Positions 16,943 to 26,004 of a stretch of DNA of 64,000 bases are shown here, piece after piece. The notes under the pieces were generated by a model. That model was not told the origin of the DNA, ran no database searches, and was given only the letters and a program-made list of their open reading frames with translations. How positions within the stretch are numbered: position 1 is the stretch's first letter; each line of letters opens with the position of its first letter. The position numbers and the translations under genes are program-made. Origin of the DNA: a virus; IMG/VR virus record IMGVR_UViG_3300042197_000642, positions 1 to 64,000 of that record. The stretch is one strand, 5' to 3'.

Positions 16943-18148
16943 TTAAGAATTGGCTCTAAACTCAGTTCCTTGGTAGATAGCAGTACCGTCAATTATATTA
17001 ACGGCTTCTATTGCAAATCTTCCACTCTCTTCGTTATACCAAACAATGCCTACGCCCTGTTGCCAATTCTCATAATGCTTTCCTGGGCGTCCATCTGAGC
17101 CAACACCAGAATTAGTTGAAGGCACAGCGCCGTCTACCCTGCACAAACATCCCGGAGTAAACGCCACGCTTCTAATTGGACCGTCAGCATCAAATGTAGT
17201 TCTGTATTGCATTTCGATTCTATGAATATGTCCAAAGATTGTAGACAAATGGGGTGTGTCATTTGTGTAAGCAACTGCAGTATTACCTGAACTTCGAACT
17301 TTATTACCGTGCATAACACGTAAGTACTTACCTAACCATATTTGAGATTCTTGAGAAGGATACTTATCATAGAACTCAACATTTAATTCTTTTAGACATA
17401 AAAGGTTTTGAACACTTAATACTGGATCTGCATCTAAACTGTCAGCTTTCTTTAATCCGTATGAAGCATTGGCGTTTCTTGTTGCATATAAATTTAATCT
17501 ATTATCGTGGTTACCCTCTAACAAAGCAACTCTTGCGTTTGGACTAATAGCACGTTGTTTAGCAAGGAACTCATATCCGTAGTTAATTGCTGCTTGAGTG
17601 GTATTTGCAAAAGACGCTTCTTGTACGTATTTACTGTGTTCTTGTAGATCTAAGAAGTCTCCTAAATTGATAACAATATCAACTCCATACTTTTCTTGAA
17701 GGTATGCTTGAATTTGTAATGCTACATCAATAGCTTGAGTATCATGGAACGGGTCCATAGTTCCATCTTCGTATCTACGATAACCAATTTGAGGATCTGG
17801 AAGAATGAAGGCGCACTTCATATCTTTTTCTGTTTTTAGATGTTCTGTAGGAGTCCACGGAATACTAACGTTTACTGGAGTAGCAGGTCTTACAATATCC
17901 CACTTTGGTCCTTCTTCCCAAACGGGAGATAAAACAACTTTAATAGACTCTAGGTCTGTAACCTCCGGTTCACCATTTTCATTCTTTATAACATTTTGGT
18001 AGCTGCTTACTCTAATCTTATTTATTCTGCCAACTAACTCTGGATCAATGTTTTGGGAACGAAGAAATTCTTCTATCTTTTGTTTGGTTACTGTCGTTTC
18101 TGCTTCTTTTAATGCTTGGTCAATTGGATCTAATTCCGACATCGACAT
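16943..18148 (-). CDS. Calcineurin-like metallophosphoesterase
   Basis: LPDPQ, GDFLD, GNHD, MHG, GHIH motifs. Confidence 0.88.
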   Translation of the reverse strand: MSMSELDPIDQALKEAETTVTKQKIEEFLRSQNIDPELVGRINKIRVSSYQNVIKNENGEPEVTDLESIKVVLSPVWEEGPKWDIVRPATPVNVSIPWTPTEHLKTEKDMKCAFILPDPQIGYRRYEDGTMDPFHDTQAIDVALQIQAYLQEKYGVDIVINLGDFLDLQEHSKYVQEASFANTTQAAINYGYEFLAKQRAISPNARVALLEGNHDNRLNLYATRNANASYGLKKADSLDADPVLSVQNLLCLKELNVEFYDKYPSQESQIWLGKYLRVMHGNKVRSSGNTAVAYTNDTPHLSTIFGHIHRIEMQYRTTFDADGPIRSVAFTPGCLCRVDGAVPSTNSGVGSDGRPGKHYENWQQGVGIVWYNEESGRFAIEAVNIIDGTAIYQGTEFRANS

Positions 18149-18411
18149 ATTCCCTGTCTGTGCTGGCGCACTATATCCTTTTTAATATCAAATACTTTTT
18201 GTATTAATAATGTAATTTGAGCGTGACTCATTTCTAAGTCAAGTAACTGTTGTACTTTGTTTCTTTTCTCTTCAGGCAATGAATCTAACCACTTACCAAG
18301 CTTGCAACGAATTGCAAGTACATTCCTTTGTAGACCTGTTTGAAGTAGGGCTTCAAGGTCATCTAGCGAAGGTTCTTGCATTAAGTCCTCCATAAGTTTC
18401 CCCTTAATCAT
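18130..18411 (-). CDS. Small helical, possibly HTH, protein
   Basis: CKLG..HRQGICRC; overlaps phosphoesterase start. Confidence 0.6.
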   Translation of the reverse strand: MIKGKLMEDLMQEPSLDDLEALLQTGLQRNVLAIRCKLGKWLDSLPEEKRNKVQQLLDLEMSHAQITLLIQKVFDIKKDIVRQHRQGICRCRN

Positions 18412-18465
18412 AGCAGTCTACGTAGTATACATAAAAGCTGTGGATATCGCTAATGACACGCCAAC

Positions 18466-18495
18466 AAAAAAACAACCCCCCAAGATGGGGGGTTG
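18466..18495 (-). terminator. Rho-independent terminator
   Basis: CAACCCCCCA/TGGGGGGTTG stem followed by T7 on minus strand. Confidence 0.85.
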
Positions 18496-18511
18496 CTTGT
18501 ATACAAGTAAC

Positions 18512-18850
18512 TTATGGATTAATATCTTTTGCGCCACTATCGAAACCTGAACGGTTTACGGAAGCCTTAAAAATACGTCCGTTTCCTTGAGTTGCTCCAG
18601 CCTCTGGTGCAATTGTCTTTTGAAACTTGACTCGAACTCCATAGCGAGCTCCGCCAGTATTTGTGACAAATGAACGAGAAGGTTTTGCCTGCTTGTAAGG
18701 ATCGGTGCCACCTTTTGCGTTTCCTGAATTCTTTACAAGTGTTCCTTTTTCTGGTTTAGCAGATGGGGTTGTAAAGTTTAAGCCTGATGCGTTTGACGGA
18801 TCAGCGGAAGTAGGCGCAATTGGTGCCGGATTCTTTTTGTTATCTTTCAT
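18512..18850 (-). CDS. Basic low-complexity protein
   Basis: AAAGGA RBS; followed by terminator. Confidence 0.7.
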   Translation of the reverse strand: MKDNKKNPAPIAPTSADPSNASGLNFTTPSAKPEKGTLVKNSGNAKGGTDPYKQAKPSRSFVTNTGGARYGVRVKFQKTIAPEAGATQGNGRIFKASVNRSGFDSGAKDINP

Positions 18851-18914
18851 TATTTAGTGTCCTTTGGCCTAAGGGTTTATATAAATGTAGTTCATTTAAG
18901 CTAAAAAGACAGGC

Positions 18915-19196
18915 TTAACTGCTAGAAACAATTGAAAACACAATAGCCGATATTTGGCCGTCATGGCTTTCAATACTTGCAAATCCTGGTATACACATTA
19001 AATCTAAACCTCTTGGGGCCGTGTACCCACGAGCAATAGCGATGGCTTTTACAGCTTGATTTACAGCTCCAGCGCCAACGGCTCGTACTTTGCATGATTG
19101 TTTTTCATAAATAGCATGGGCAATAGCAGATGCCACAGCTTGGGGGTTGCTTCCAGCACCCACACGTAATACGTCTTCTGTTGATTCGGTAGTCAT
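18915..19196 (-). CDS. spoVS: SpoVS-family (Alba-like) nucleic-acid-binding protein
   Basis: LRV..GSNP.AVASAIA..RAVGAGAVNQAVKAIAIARG..C.PGF..ISAI. Confidence 0.9.
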   Translation of the reverse strand: MTTESTEDVLRVGAGSNPQAVASAIAHAIYEKQSCKVRAVGAGAVNQAVKAIAIARGYTAPRGLDLMCIPGFASIESHDGQISAIVFSIVSSS

Positions 19197-19250
19197 TTTT
19201 CCTCGTTGTAGTCGGTTAGTCTCTCGTACGACAATTACAGCAAAATAACC

Positions 19251-19445
19251 TTAATTAGTCTCCCTATAGTCGATAGGAGTTGGAGCGGTAGCCAATGCCC
19301 CACAAAGGGCGCATTCCATGTCTAACATGTATAACGAAACTTCACCATCCTCAAACATAGCTTGAACTTTCCATAAAGTTGACCCACAAATGCACACATG
19401 CAACGGGTTGTCTTTATCCCTTAAATCTATCAATCCTTGCCCCAA
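19251..19445 (-). CDS. Zn-ribbon protein
   Basis: CICGS..CALCG..APTP. Confidence 0.7.
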   Translation of the reverse strand: MGQGLIDLRDKDNPLHVCICGSTLWKVQAMFEDGEVSLYMLDMECALCGALATAPTPIDYRETN

Positions 19446-19597
19446 CCGCTACCTTTAAAGATTAAACCTGGAGCGGAATATACTTTTTCCATAAAAGTGT
19501 TACAACGTGGGCATCGCATAGTTATTGTTTCGTGCATAGACGCCGTTACTGTACCAGTGGCAGAGCACTCACTACATTGAAACTCATAAGTTGGCAT
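19430..19597 (-). CDS. FmdB-family Zn-ribbon protein, not in ORF track
   Basis: MPTYEFQCSEC..CPRC..MEKVYSAPGLIFKGSGW. Confidence 0.85.
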   Translation of the reverse strand: MPTYEFQCSECSATGTVTASMHETITMRCPRCNTFMEKVYSAPGLIFKGSGWGKD

Positions 19598-20130
19598 TAT
19601 CGTTCCCTAAACTTTGGATCCTGAAGCTTAGTATATACCTCTTTTTCGTAACTAAGGGAATGCGTGCCCGCTACTAAACGAGCTAAAGAATAAGCATCTG
19701 CAGCGTTATCATCTGGAATTTCAACTCCCCACTTTTTATACACATATAAAAGAATATGACTTTTAGGCACTCCAGTTCCTTTTCCGCACACATACTTTTT
19801 TAAATTAGTTGGAGGAACAATTAATGGGTATATACCAAAATCTCTTAATGTAAGTTTTACCATTCCGCCAAGTTCACCTAACATATTAGCCATTTGTGAA
19901 CCAAAAGCATAACCTTCCATTGCTACATCTATAATTTCATATTTTACTAAAGCATCTATTAAATGAGATTGAAGGTCTTTAAGTCTATCTATTCCACTAC
20001 TTTCAGGTTTAAAAACAGTAATAAAATAACCTTCTTCATTTATGGCTGCTATAGCAAACCCTGTGTAAGACTGATCTATACCTAAGTAGACCCTTTTGTT
20101 TTTTAAGGGCTCACCGTACTGTTTTATCAT
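19597..20130 (-). CDS. RuvC-like Holliday junction resolvase
   Basis: YLGIDQS, VAMEGY, P..LKK, DNAADA. Confidence 0.85.
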   Translation of the reverse strand: MIKQYGEPLKNKRVYLGIDQSYTGFAIAAINEEGYFITVFKPESSGIDRLKDLQSHLIDALVKYEIIDVAMEGYAFGSQMANMLGELGGMVKLTLRDFGIYPLIVPPTNLKKYVCGKGTGVPKSHILLYVYKKWGVEIPDDNAADAYSLARLVAGTHSLSYEKEVYTKLQDPKFRER

Positions 20131-20618
20131 GGAATAAGGGTACGCGTCCGAGCGCTAAATCCTCCAGAAGATGTTCTACGTGTTAGCTCTCTACTAAGCA
20201 AAGCAGAATCTTTAGATAAACTAGAAGCAATAACTTCCATTAGTTTTCTATAAGCCATCCTAGTTAATAGGGTATCTTGAAGCTTTTCTATTTCTGGATT
20301 AGTAATAATCTTTGCTTTTCTACTGGATGCAGTTTGTTTAAGTTCTTTAGGCATACTTAGTTCAAGTTTAGCCATCTCTAATTCTAAATTCTTTTCAGCA
20401 TACTTTTCATCTATTTGAGCACAAGCCACTTGGGTTGAAACAAAGTCTGAGTAAGCACTAACCTTTGCCCAAAGCTCCATAAGCTGATCGTCATCAATAC
20501 CAGTAATGTCATGGGGTATGTGTGGCCTTTCAATAGACCCTCTTGTAGAAAAAACTAAGTTGTTATTTTGTAGTTCTGTAATAATCTTTAAACTTTCATT
20601 ACCCTGTAGGCTGGTCAT
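20127..20618 (-). CDS. Coiled-coil protein, possibly UvsY-like recombination mediator
   Basis: All-helical; LSRELTRR C-terminus; recombination cluster; start MTSLQG after GGAGGA. Confidence 0.45.
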   Translation of the reverse strand: MTSLQGNESLKIITELQNNNLVFSTRGSIERPHIPHDITGIDDDQLMELWAKVSAYSDFVSTQVACAQIDEKYAEKNLELEMAKLELSMPKELKQTASSRKAKIITNPEIEKLQDTLLTRMAYRKLMEVIASSLSKDSALLSRELTRRTSSGGFSARTRTLIP

Positions 20619-21486
20619 TGTATCCTCCACACTCTCCGCACCATTGTGCGCCTCCCATATTACACTTAGGTGGTGTTTTATTGTCAACTGCTTCTGCAAT
20701 CATCTTTGCTGCTTCTAACAAATGACTTATTGAGAAATCACTTTTAGGAACAATAAACTCTTTATACTCTTGATTTGCCTTTAACTCATAAATAAAACAA
20801 GCCTCTTGAGGTTGGATTTCTAAATCCATTAGCTCACACAACTTCATATACATCTGAGCTTGATTTATATGTTTCATAAATGGCTTGTCTAAGCCTGCCC
20901 ACATTCTAAATAAATCGTGGTCATGCATTTTTGCGTACTCTGGATCTTCCCATACAAATGTACCTTGACCTATAGATTTAATCTCCAGGAGAAGGGGAGA
21001 CTCATACCCAACTAAAATACCATCTGCATGCCCAGCTATTTTATAAGGTCCATAGTTTAATGGAACTTCTTTATAAACAATCTTATCGTTCTTACCACAA
21101 GTTGTACATTCAGTTGGCGAAAGCCCAACCATAAAAGTAGTACATCTAGTGCATATCCATCTTCCATACAAAGTTCCGCATTCATAGAACACTTCTTGCC
21201 ACTTTCTATGAATAGCATGTCCCTCTTCAAATATCAAACGTTTCTTTAAGTTTACGCCTCTATCTTTTGGAGTTGTAGGAGCCTGTCCAATTAGTTTAAA
21301 GTATTGAGCTCTATGACACCAGGTATCGCTTACCATTTCAGAAGGGTGAATGACGTCTTGTCTACGGTCATCAGCCTTAGGCTTAGCAATAAAGTGCCGC
21401 TCTACTGAGCTAAGTACTCTAGTATTTTTATCTACTTTGAGAAACTTCTTTAGAGCTCCTGATGGTTTAAACTTAATCTCTGACAA
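20599..21486 (-). CDS. Cas4-like PD-(D/E)xK exonuclease
   Basis: HPS..CHR, G..IH, GHADG..LEIKS, QAQMY, C-terminal Cys cluster. Confidence 0.82.
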   Translation of the reverse strand: MSEIKFKPSGALKKFLKVDKNTRVLSSVERHFIAKPKADDRRQDVIHPSEMVSDTWCHRAQYFKLIGQAPTTPKDRGVNLKKRLIFEEGHAIHRKWQEVFYECGTLYGRWICTRCTTFMVGLSPTECTTCGKNDKIVYKEVPLNYGPYKIAGHADGILVGYESPLLLEIKSIGQGTFVWEDPEYAKMHDHDLFRMWAGLDKPFMKHINQAQMYMKLCELMDLEIQPQEACFIYELKANQEYKEFIVPKSDFSISHLLEAAKMIAEAVDNKTPPKCNMGGAQWCGECGGYNDQPTG

Positions 21487-21807
21487 TTAGTGCTCCATAA
21501 TCCATTGCTTTAGTGTTTTTCCTTGTTTCTTTGCTTTTCTTTTTAATGCATTACGCTCTCTGTGAGACATACCGCCCCAGATCCCATGTTGCTCGTCCAT
21601 GTGATCTGCATAGAGCAAACATTCTTTACGGACTTTACATTCTGATTTACCGTCTTTACCGTAACAGACTGCTTTTGAGATATCCGCAATGATTTTATAT
21701 TTAGTTTTGTCTCTGGGCGGATACCAAAGTTCGGTATCGAGTCCTCGACATTTAGCTTCGTAGCGCCAATCATCTATGCGCCCTGCGCCTTCTTCTGACA
21801 CGTACAC
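21487..21807 (-). CDS. whiB: WhiB-family Fe-S transcription factor
   Basis: W...AKC..C..C.VR.ECL..GIWGG.S..ER. Confidence 0.92.
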   Translation of the reverse strand: MYVSEEGAGRIDDWRYEAKCRGLDTELWYPPRDKTKYKIIADISKAVCYGKDGKSECKVRKECLLYADHMDEQHGIWGGMSHRERNALKRKAKKQGKTLKQWIMEH

Positions 21808-22118
21808 TCCTGAAGGTTCTGGCGTTGTTCTAAGAAGTCATCTTCTGTCATGATGACATAGTTTTCATTATTTAAACTAATGCCAAAAACAGGAATGCGA
21901 CTGTCAAGAATTGCTTCTGTAACAATCTTTTCTAAAACTTTCGCCTTGATAGTGAAGGAGGCTTTGCCAGTCCACTTGTGTTCTATTAACAAGTCCTTAG
22001 ACCGAACATCACCTTTTCGACTCCAGAATGCACCGCTCCCAGCGTTTCGCTTTCCATCTACTTTCTTAGCGAGTCGTACCTCATGCTTCTTCGATTCTTT
22101 CTGCCCCTTACTCCGCAT
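21774..22118 (-). CDS. Hjc-like PD-(D/E)xK resolvase/endonuclease
   Basis: E..A..SGA..KGDV..LIEHK. Confidence 0.7.
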   Translation of the reverse strand: MRSKGQKESKKHEVRLAKKVDGKRNAGSGAFWSRKGDVRSKDLLIEHKWTGKASFTIKAKVLEKIVTEAILDSRIPVFGISLNNENYVIMTEDDFLEQRQNLQECTCQKKAQGA

Positions 22119-22119
22119 G

Positions 22120-23160
22120 TTAGACCCCGGCTAACTTTGAGCTAGCCTTTATAGAATCTAAAACATCGCGTTCAAAGGTCTCTCGAAGATCTACCTCTTC
22201 CCGTATAGAGCTAAGCATAGCATCTGCCCCTTGCCACTGTCGATCTGCATACCTGTAGTAAGCACCGGCTCTAGTAATAACTTTATTTAGAATACCCATA
22301 GCAACGATTTCTTTAGCAAAATCGTATTCTCCTTTAGAGACACTTCCGCCATCAGCAAAATAAAAGTCCATAAATGCCGTTTGAGAAGGAGGGGCTGACT
22401 TGTTTTTAATTGTCCTTACTTTAATTGTTTGGCCAATTCTGTGCTTTTCTTGGCCAGTTCCTACCTCAATCCACTCATCTCTTTTTACTTCTATTCTTGT
22501 AAAGTATGAGTAGTCCTTGCCCAACCCACCAGGTGTAGTACGTGGGTCTCCGTACATAACACCGATCTTAGAACGCCATTGGTTAATCATTAATCCAATA
22601 AACGGGCGTTCGGCATCTACTAAAGACCTCTTAGATGCCTTTCCAATCTTTCTAAAAAACTTGTTTGTCAACAAGGCTCCACGGCCTACGGTTGACTCAT
22701 CCATTTCTTTCTCATCCTCCGAGGTAGGAACAAGAGCGGGAAGACTATCAATAACAATACAATCAACATCTTTCGTTTCAACAACCTTGACAACCGCTTC
22801 ATAAGCCTCCTCCATTACATTTGTAGAAACAACATACACTCTTGATACATCTACGCCACACATAGCAGCGTACTCAGGAACCCATTGCTCAGCAGCCACC
22901 CAAAGGGTGGTGAACTTTGGATCTTTCTTTTGGTTTGCTGCAATAGTTTTTAAAGCAATTGCTGTCTTACCATTACTAGCTTCACCAATAATCTCATGCC
23001 ATTGGTTTACTGGCCAACCTCCGCCTAGTATCACGTCTAAAGATACTGAACCAGTTGTAAATCTTTCCATTAAGTCATCACGTATTTCACTTCCAAGTAC
23101 AATAGTGTTTTCGCCAATAGACTTGTTTATCTTTTCAATTGTCTTTGCTAGTAATGACAT
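22120..23160 (-). CDS. recA: RecA recombinase
   Basis: TGSVSLD..LGGG, GEASNGKT, VIDS, INQWR, TPGG, KNK; start MSLLAK at 23160. Confidence 0.93.
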   Translation of the reverse strand: MSLLAKTIEKINKSIGENTIVLGSEIRDDLMERFTTGSVSLDVILGGGWPVNQWHEIIGEASNGKTAIALKTIAANQKKDPKFTTLWVAAEQWVPEYAAMCGVDVSRVYVVSTNVMEEAYEAVVKVVETKDVDCIVIDSLPALVPTSEDEKEMDESTVGRGALLTNKFFRKIGKASKRSLVDAERPFIGLMINQWRSKIGVMYGDPRTTPGGLGKDYSYFTRIEVKRDEWIEVGTGQEKHRIGQTIKVRTIKNKSAPPSQTAFMDFYFADGGSVSKGEYDFAKEIVAMGILNKVITRAGAYYRYADRQWQGADAMLSSIREEVDLRETFERDVLDSIKASSKLAGV

Positions 23161-23507
23161 TAAATGTGTCCTATGATTCCTTGAGGGTTGAAGTTGTTTT
23201 CTGTAGAAACTTGTTTTGCTGCTTGAGTTGGCCCTTCTAATGGAACTGAAACACCGGCGGTGCCTGAACCAGTTTGTTGAATTGGGTAACCGCAATCATA
23301 ACACCTTGGTCTAGTGTCACCAGTTCCGCCATAGTTTTGACTAGAACAGTTAGGACATCTAGACGCAGAGGTTGCACTTGCAGGTAATTTATGGTCTCTA
23401 ACTTCTGGTGGAATGTAAGCGGGTTGTGTAGTCACTGGGGGAACCGAAGATTGAATAGGATTAGGATTGTTACTTAGTTTATTTGCCCACCAATTAGAAC
23501 TCATCAT
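23160..23507 (-). CDS. Zn-ribbon hypothetical protein
   Basis: CPNC..RCYDCGYP. Confidence 0.7.
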   Translation of the reverse strand: MMSSNWWANKLSNNPNPIQSSVPPVTTQPAYIPPEVRDHKLPASATSASRCPNCSSQNYGGTGDTRPRCYDCGYPIQQTGSGTAGVSVPLEGPTQAAKQVSTENNFNPQGIIGHI

Positions 23508-23973
23508 ATTCCTCCACTATTTTAGAAACGTCTTTACCTTCTGATAGCTGAACTATACCAAGTTCTACTGCTGTAGAAAAAGCACTGGTAATGGCAGCGT
23601 GTCCTATTACCCTATAAAACTCAGATATAATTGCTTCAGAATCAGACAGCTTAGTGCCACCATTATAGTCCTCCATATGCATTACTTGCGTAGCGGCTAC
23701 CGCTCTTGCATTAATATCGGCAATAGCGCCAATAAATGGGTATAGACTAAAAATCTTATCTATCCGTTTATCACTATCCTGCATTTCTTTTTCATGGCCT
23801 TCTTCGCTTACTAGGCTCATACCTAACTTGGGAGCAACCTTATTTGGTTCTTCTAAATCTGTGTCATAAAGGTACCACCTAGCTAGAGTAGTTAAAGGAA
23901 TTATGTTATTTCGATCTAAAGCCACATGAATTTTATTATTATGTTTCTTTTTGCGTTTTCTAAACCATTTCAT
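23494..23973 (-). CDS. Hypothetical protein
   Basis: ATGA overlap with polymerase. Confidence 0.65.
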   Translation of the reverse strand: MKWFRKRKKKHNNKIHVALDRNNIIPLTTLARWYLYDTDLEEPNKVAPKLGMSLVSEEGHEKEMQDSDKRIDKIFSLYPFIGAIADINARAVAATQVMHMEDYNGGTKLSDSEAIISEFYRVIGHAAITSAFSTAVELGIVQLSEGKDVSKIVEEYDEF

Positions 23974-25934
23974 TTGGCCTCACCCCACCTCTTAACAACC
24001 TTTACATCAGCAGTTAAAGGAACTTTAAGTAAAGATATATCTTCCATAGCACTCCTTATTGCTTCTTTTGCTTCTTCTACAATATTATCCGCAGCAATAG
24101 TTATTAATTCATCATGAACGGTAAGTAAAAGAGAAGCGCCCTCTGGCAACATAGCATGAGCCCTAACCATTGCCATTTTCATAATATCGGCAGCAGACCC
24201 TTGTATTTTAGTATTAAAAGCTTGTCTTTCGGCGCTAGAGCGAAGTTTTATATCTCTTGAAACAATATCGGGTAAAAACCTTTTTCTACCAGCTAACGTT
24301 GTTACGTATAAGTTGTTTCTAGTTGCTCCAATAACTCTATATCTATAGTGGTCGATAGCTGGAAACTCTTTTGAAAATCGATTTAAAAGAGCTTTTGCTT
24401 CTTGTAAAGAACAATCAATTTGTTTAGCAATCTTATCTGGCCCAACACCATAAGCCATTGCTAACACTAATACTTTTCCTGCTTTTCTATCTACACCCAT
24501 AGTTTCACCCACAGTTGTATATATGTCTTTTCCTTCAGCGTAATTAGATAACATAATTGGATCTTCAGAGAATGAAGCAATAACCCTAGGTTCTATTTGG
24601 CTATAGTCAGCAACAATTAATTTGTAACCATTTGGAGCACAAAATAGATTTCTAATCGCCTTTCCATGGTCTGTATGTGGGGCTGGAACATTTTGTAAGT
24701 TTGGATTACGACTAGAAAACCGTCCAGTTTCCGCACCATGCTGCAATAAGTCACAATAGATTTTATCGTTTATTAATAAACTTTCTCTATATTTAACTTT
24801 GGCAATACCGCGTACGGTAGTTGTTACGTCTCCACCCATGTATGGCACTACATAAGTTGTTAATAACTTATTTAAATCTTGATAATCTAATAAAGCTTTA
24901 ACAAATGGGTCTTTATCTCTATACGCAACAATTGCCTCTTCAGAGACTGAGTAATCTGTATATACTCTTTCGTCTTCATCTTTTTCAGCTCCTTTAAGAG
25001 TTAATATTTTACCTTTTAACCCTCTACCACCTTCAGATTTTGGTCCAAAAAGAATAGCCTTACGTTCATTATTAGAGTTAATATTAAATACACGACCAGC
25101 AATTCTGTATATGTCAGATCTTGCTACTTCAATCTCGTTATGTAACTTACTGTGTAGTTCAGTTAAGGCAACCATGTCTATTGGAGTACCAGCAAGCTTC
25201 ATATGACAAAGCACATAAAGAACTTGCATTTCAAGTTTAAATACCTTTTCTACGTCATTATCTATCAACTTTTGTTTTAAAATCTTTGATAGTAAAAAAG
25301 TGTATTTAGAATCTAAATAAGAGTATTTAGCTACATCATCAAAAGAGTTAAGTTCTACCTCTTTACCAACCCCTTTTTCCATACTGTAACCCAGCTCTCT
25401 CTGCAGGCAATCATCTAAACCTAGTTTGTTCCTATTACGGTTACTGTATATAAAACTAGCAATCATAGTGTCAAAAAACGGACCGTTAGGGATTCTGTTA
25501 TCAAAATACTTTGCTACTGATGAACAATCAAATACTAAATTGTGGCCTATTTTTAACTTATCGCTAAACATTAAAGGCTCTAACGCTTTAAATACTTCTG
25601 CTGGATATAGTTGTTTAGGTGGACTAGTAAACACTCTTTTAGACTTCTTTTTATCTTTAGAGTAATCAATATCTCTAAGAGGTAAACCCTCTGCTTTTCT
25701 CTTCTCTCCCACAGCGGTCAGAGGGTAAATGTATTCTACTAAATCACCATTTGGATGCCCTAAAGGAATTACATCACCGCGTCCGTGAGTTGCAAACGAT
25801 ATCCATAAAACTTCGTTTGCTACAGGCATACCCCTACGGTCTCCTACAGTTTCAACATCAAATGCAAATGAGTCTTGTTTAAGATAAAACGCAACCATTT
25901 CATCAAGTTGTTCAATAGTTGTAATGATGTTCAT
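23970..25934 (-). CDS. polA: Family A DNA polymerase with 3'-5' exonuclease
   Basis: Exo FDVET, GHNLVFD, YSYLD; TGRFSS..PNLQN; DYSQIEPR; RKAGKVLVLAMAYG; TVHDE. Confidence 0.95.
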   Translation of the reverse strand: MNIITTIEQLDEMVAFYLKQDSFAFDVETVGDRRGMPVANEVLWISFATHGRGDVIPLGHPNGDLVEYIYPLTAVGEKRKAEGLPLRDIDYSKDKKKSKRVFTSPPKQLYPAEVFKALEPLMFSDKLKIGHNLVFDCSSVAKYFDNRIPNGPFFDTMIASFIYSNRNRNKLGLDDCLQRELGYSMEKGVGKEVELNSFDDVAKYSYLDSKYTFLLSKILKQKLIDNDVEKVFKLEMQVLYVLCHMKLAGTPIDMVALTELHSKLHNEIEVARSDIYRIAGRVFNINSNNERKAILFGPKSEGGRGLKGKILTLKGAEKDEDERVYTDYSVSEEAIVAYRDKDPFVKALLDYQDLNKLLTTYVVPYMGGDVTTTVRGIAKVKYRESLLINDKIYCDLLQHGAETGRFSSRNPNLQNVPAPHTDHGKAIRNLFCAPNGYKLIVADYSQIEPRVIASFSEDPIMLSNYAEGKDIYTTVGETMGVDRKAGKVLVLAMAYGVGPDKIAKQIDCSLQEAKALLNRFSKEFPAIDHYRYRVIGATRNNLYVTTLAGRKRFLPDIVSRDIKLRSSAERQAFNTKIQGSAADIMKMAMVRAHAMLPEGASLLLTVHDELITIAADNIVEEAKEAIRSAMEDISLLKVPLTADVKVVKRWGEAK

Positions 25935-25937
25935 ACA

Positions 25938-25983
25938 TCCCCTTTGAGACTGACAGGGCCGATTAAGGGGGAAACCGGCCCTG
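25938..25983 (-). promoter_or_regulatory. Hairpin upstream of polA whose loop is complementary to the polA RBS
   Basis: Stem CAGGGCCG/CGGCCCTG; minus-strand loop TTTCCCCCTT; SD AAGGGGA at 25938-25944. Confidence 0.55.
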
Positions 25984-26004
25984 CAGCCGTTCTAGTGCGT
26001 GGTG

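Noticed and set aside
20599-21486. CRISPR-Cas system suggested by the Cas4-like gene
   Set aside because: No cas1/cas2 or array; stand-alone Cas4-like nucleases are routine in phage recombination modules.
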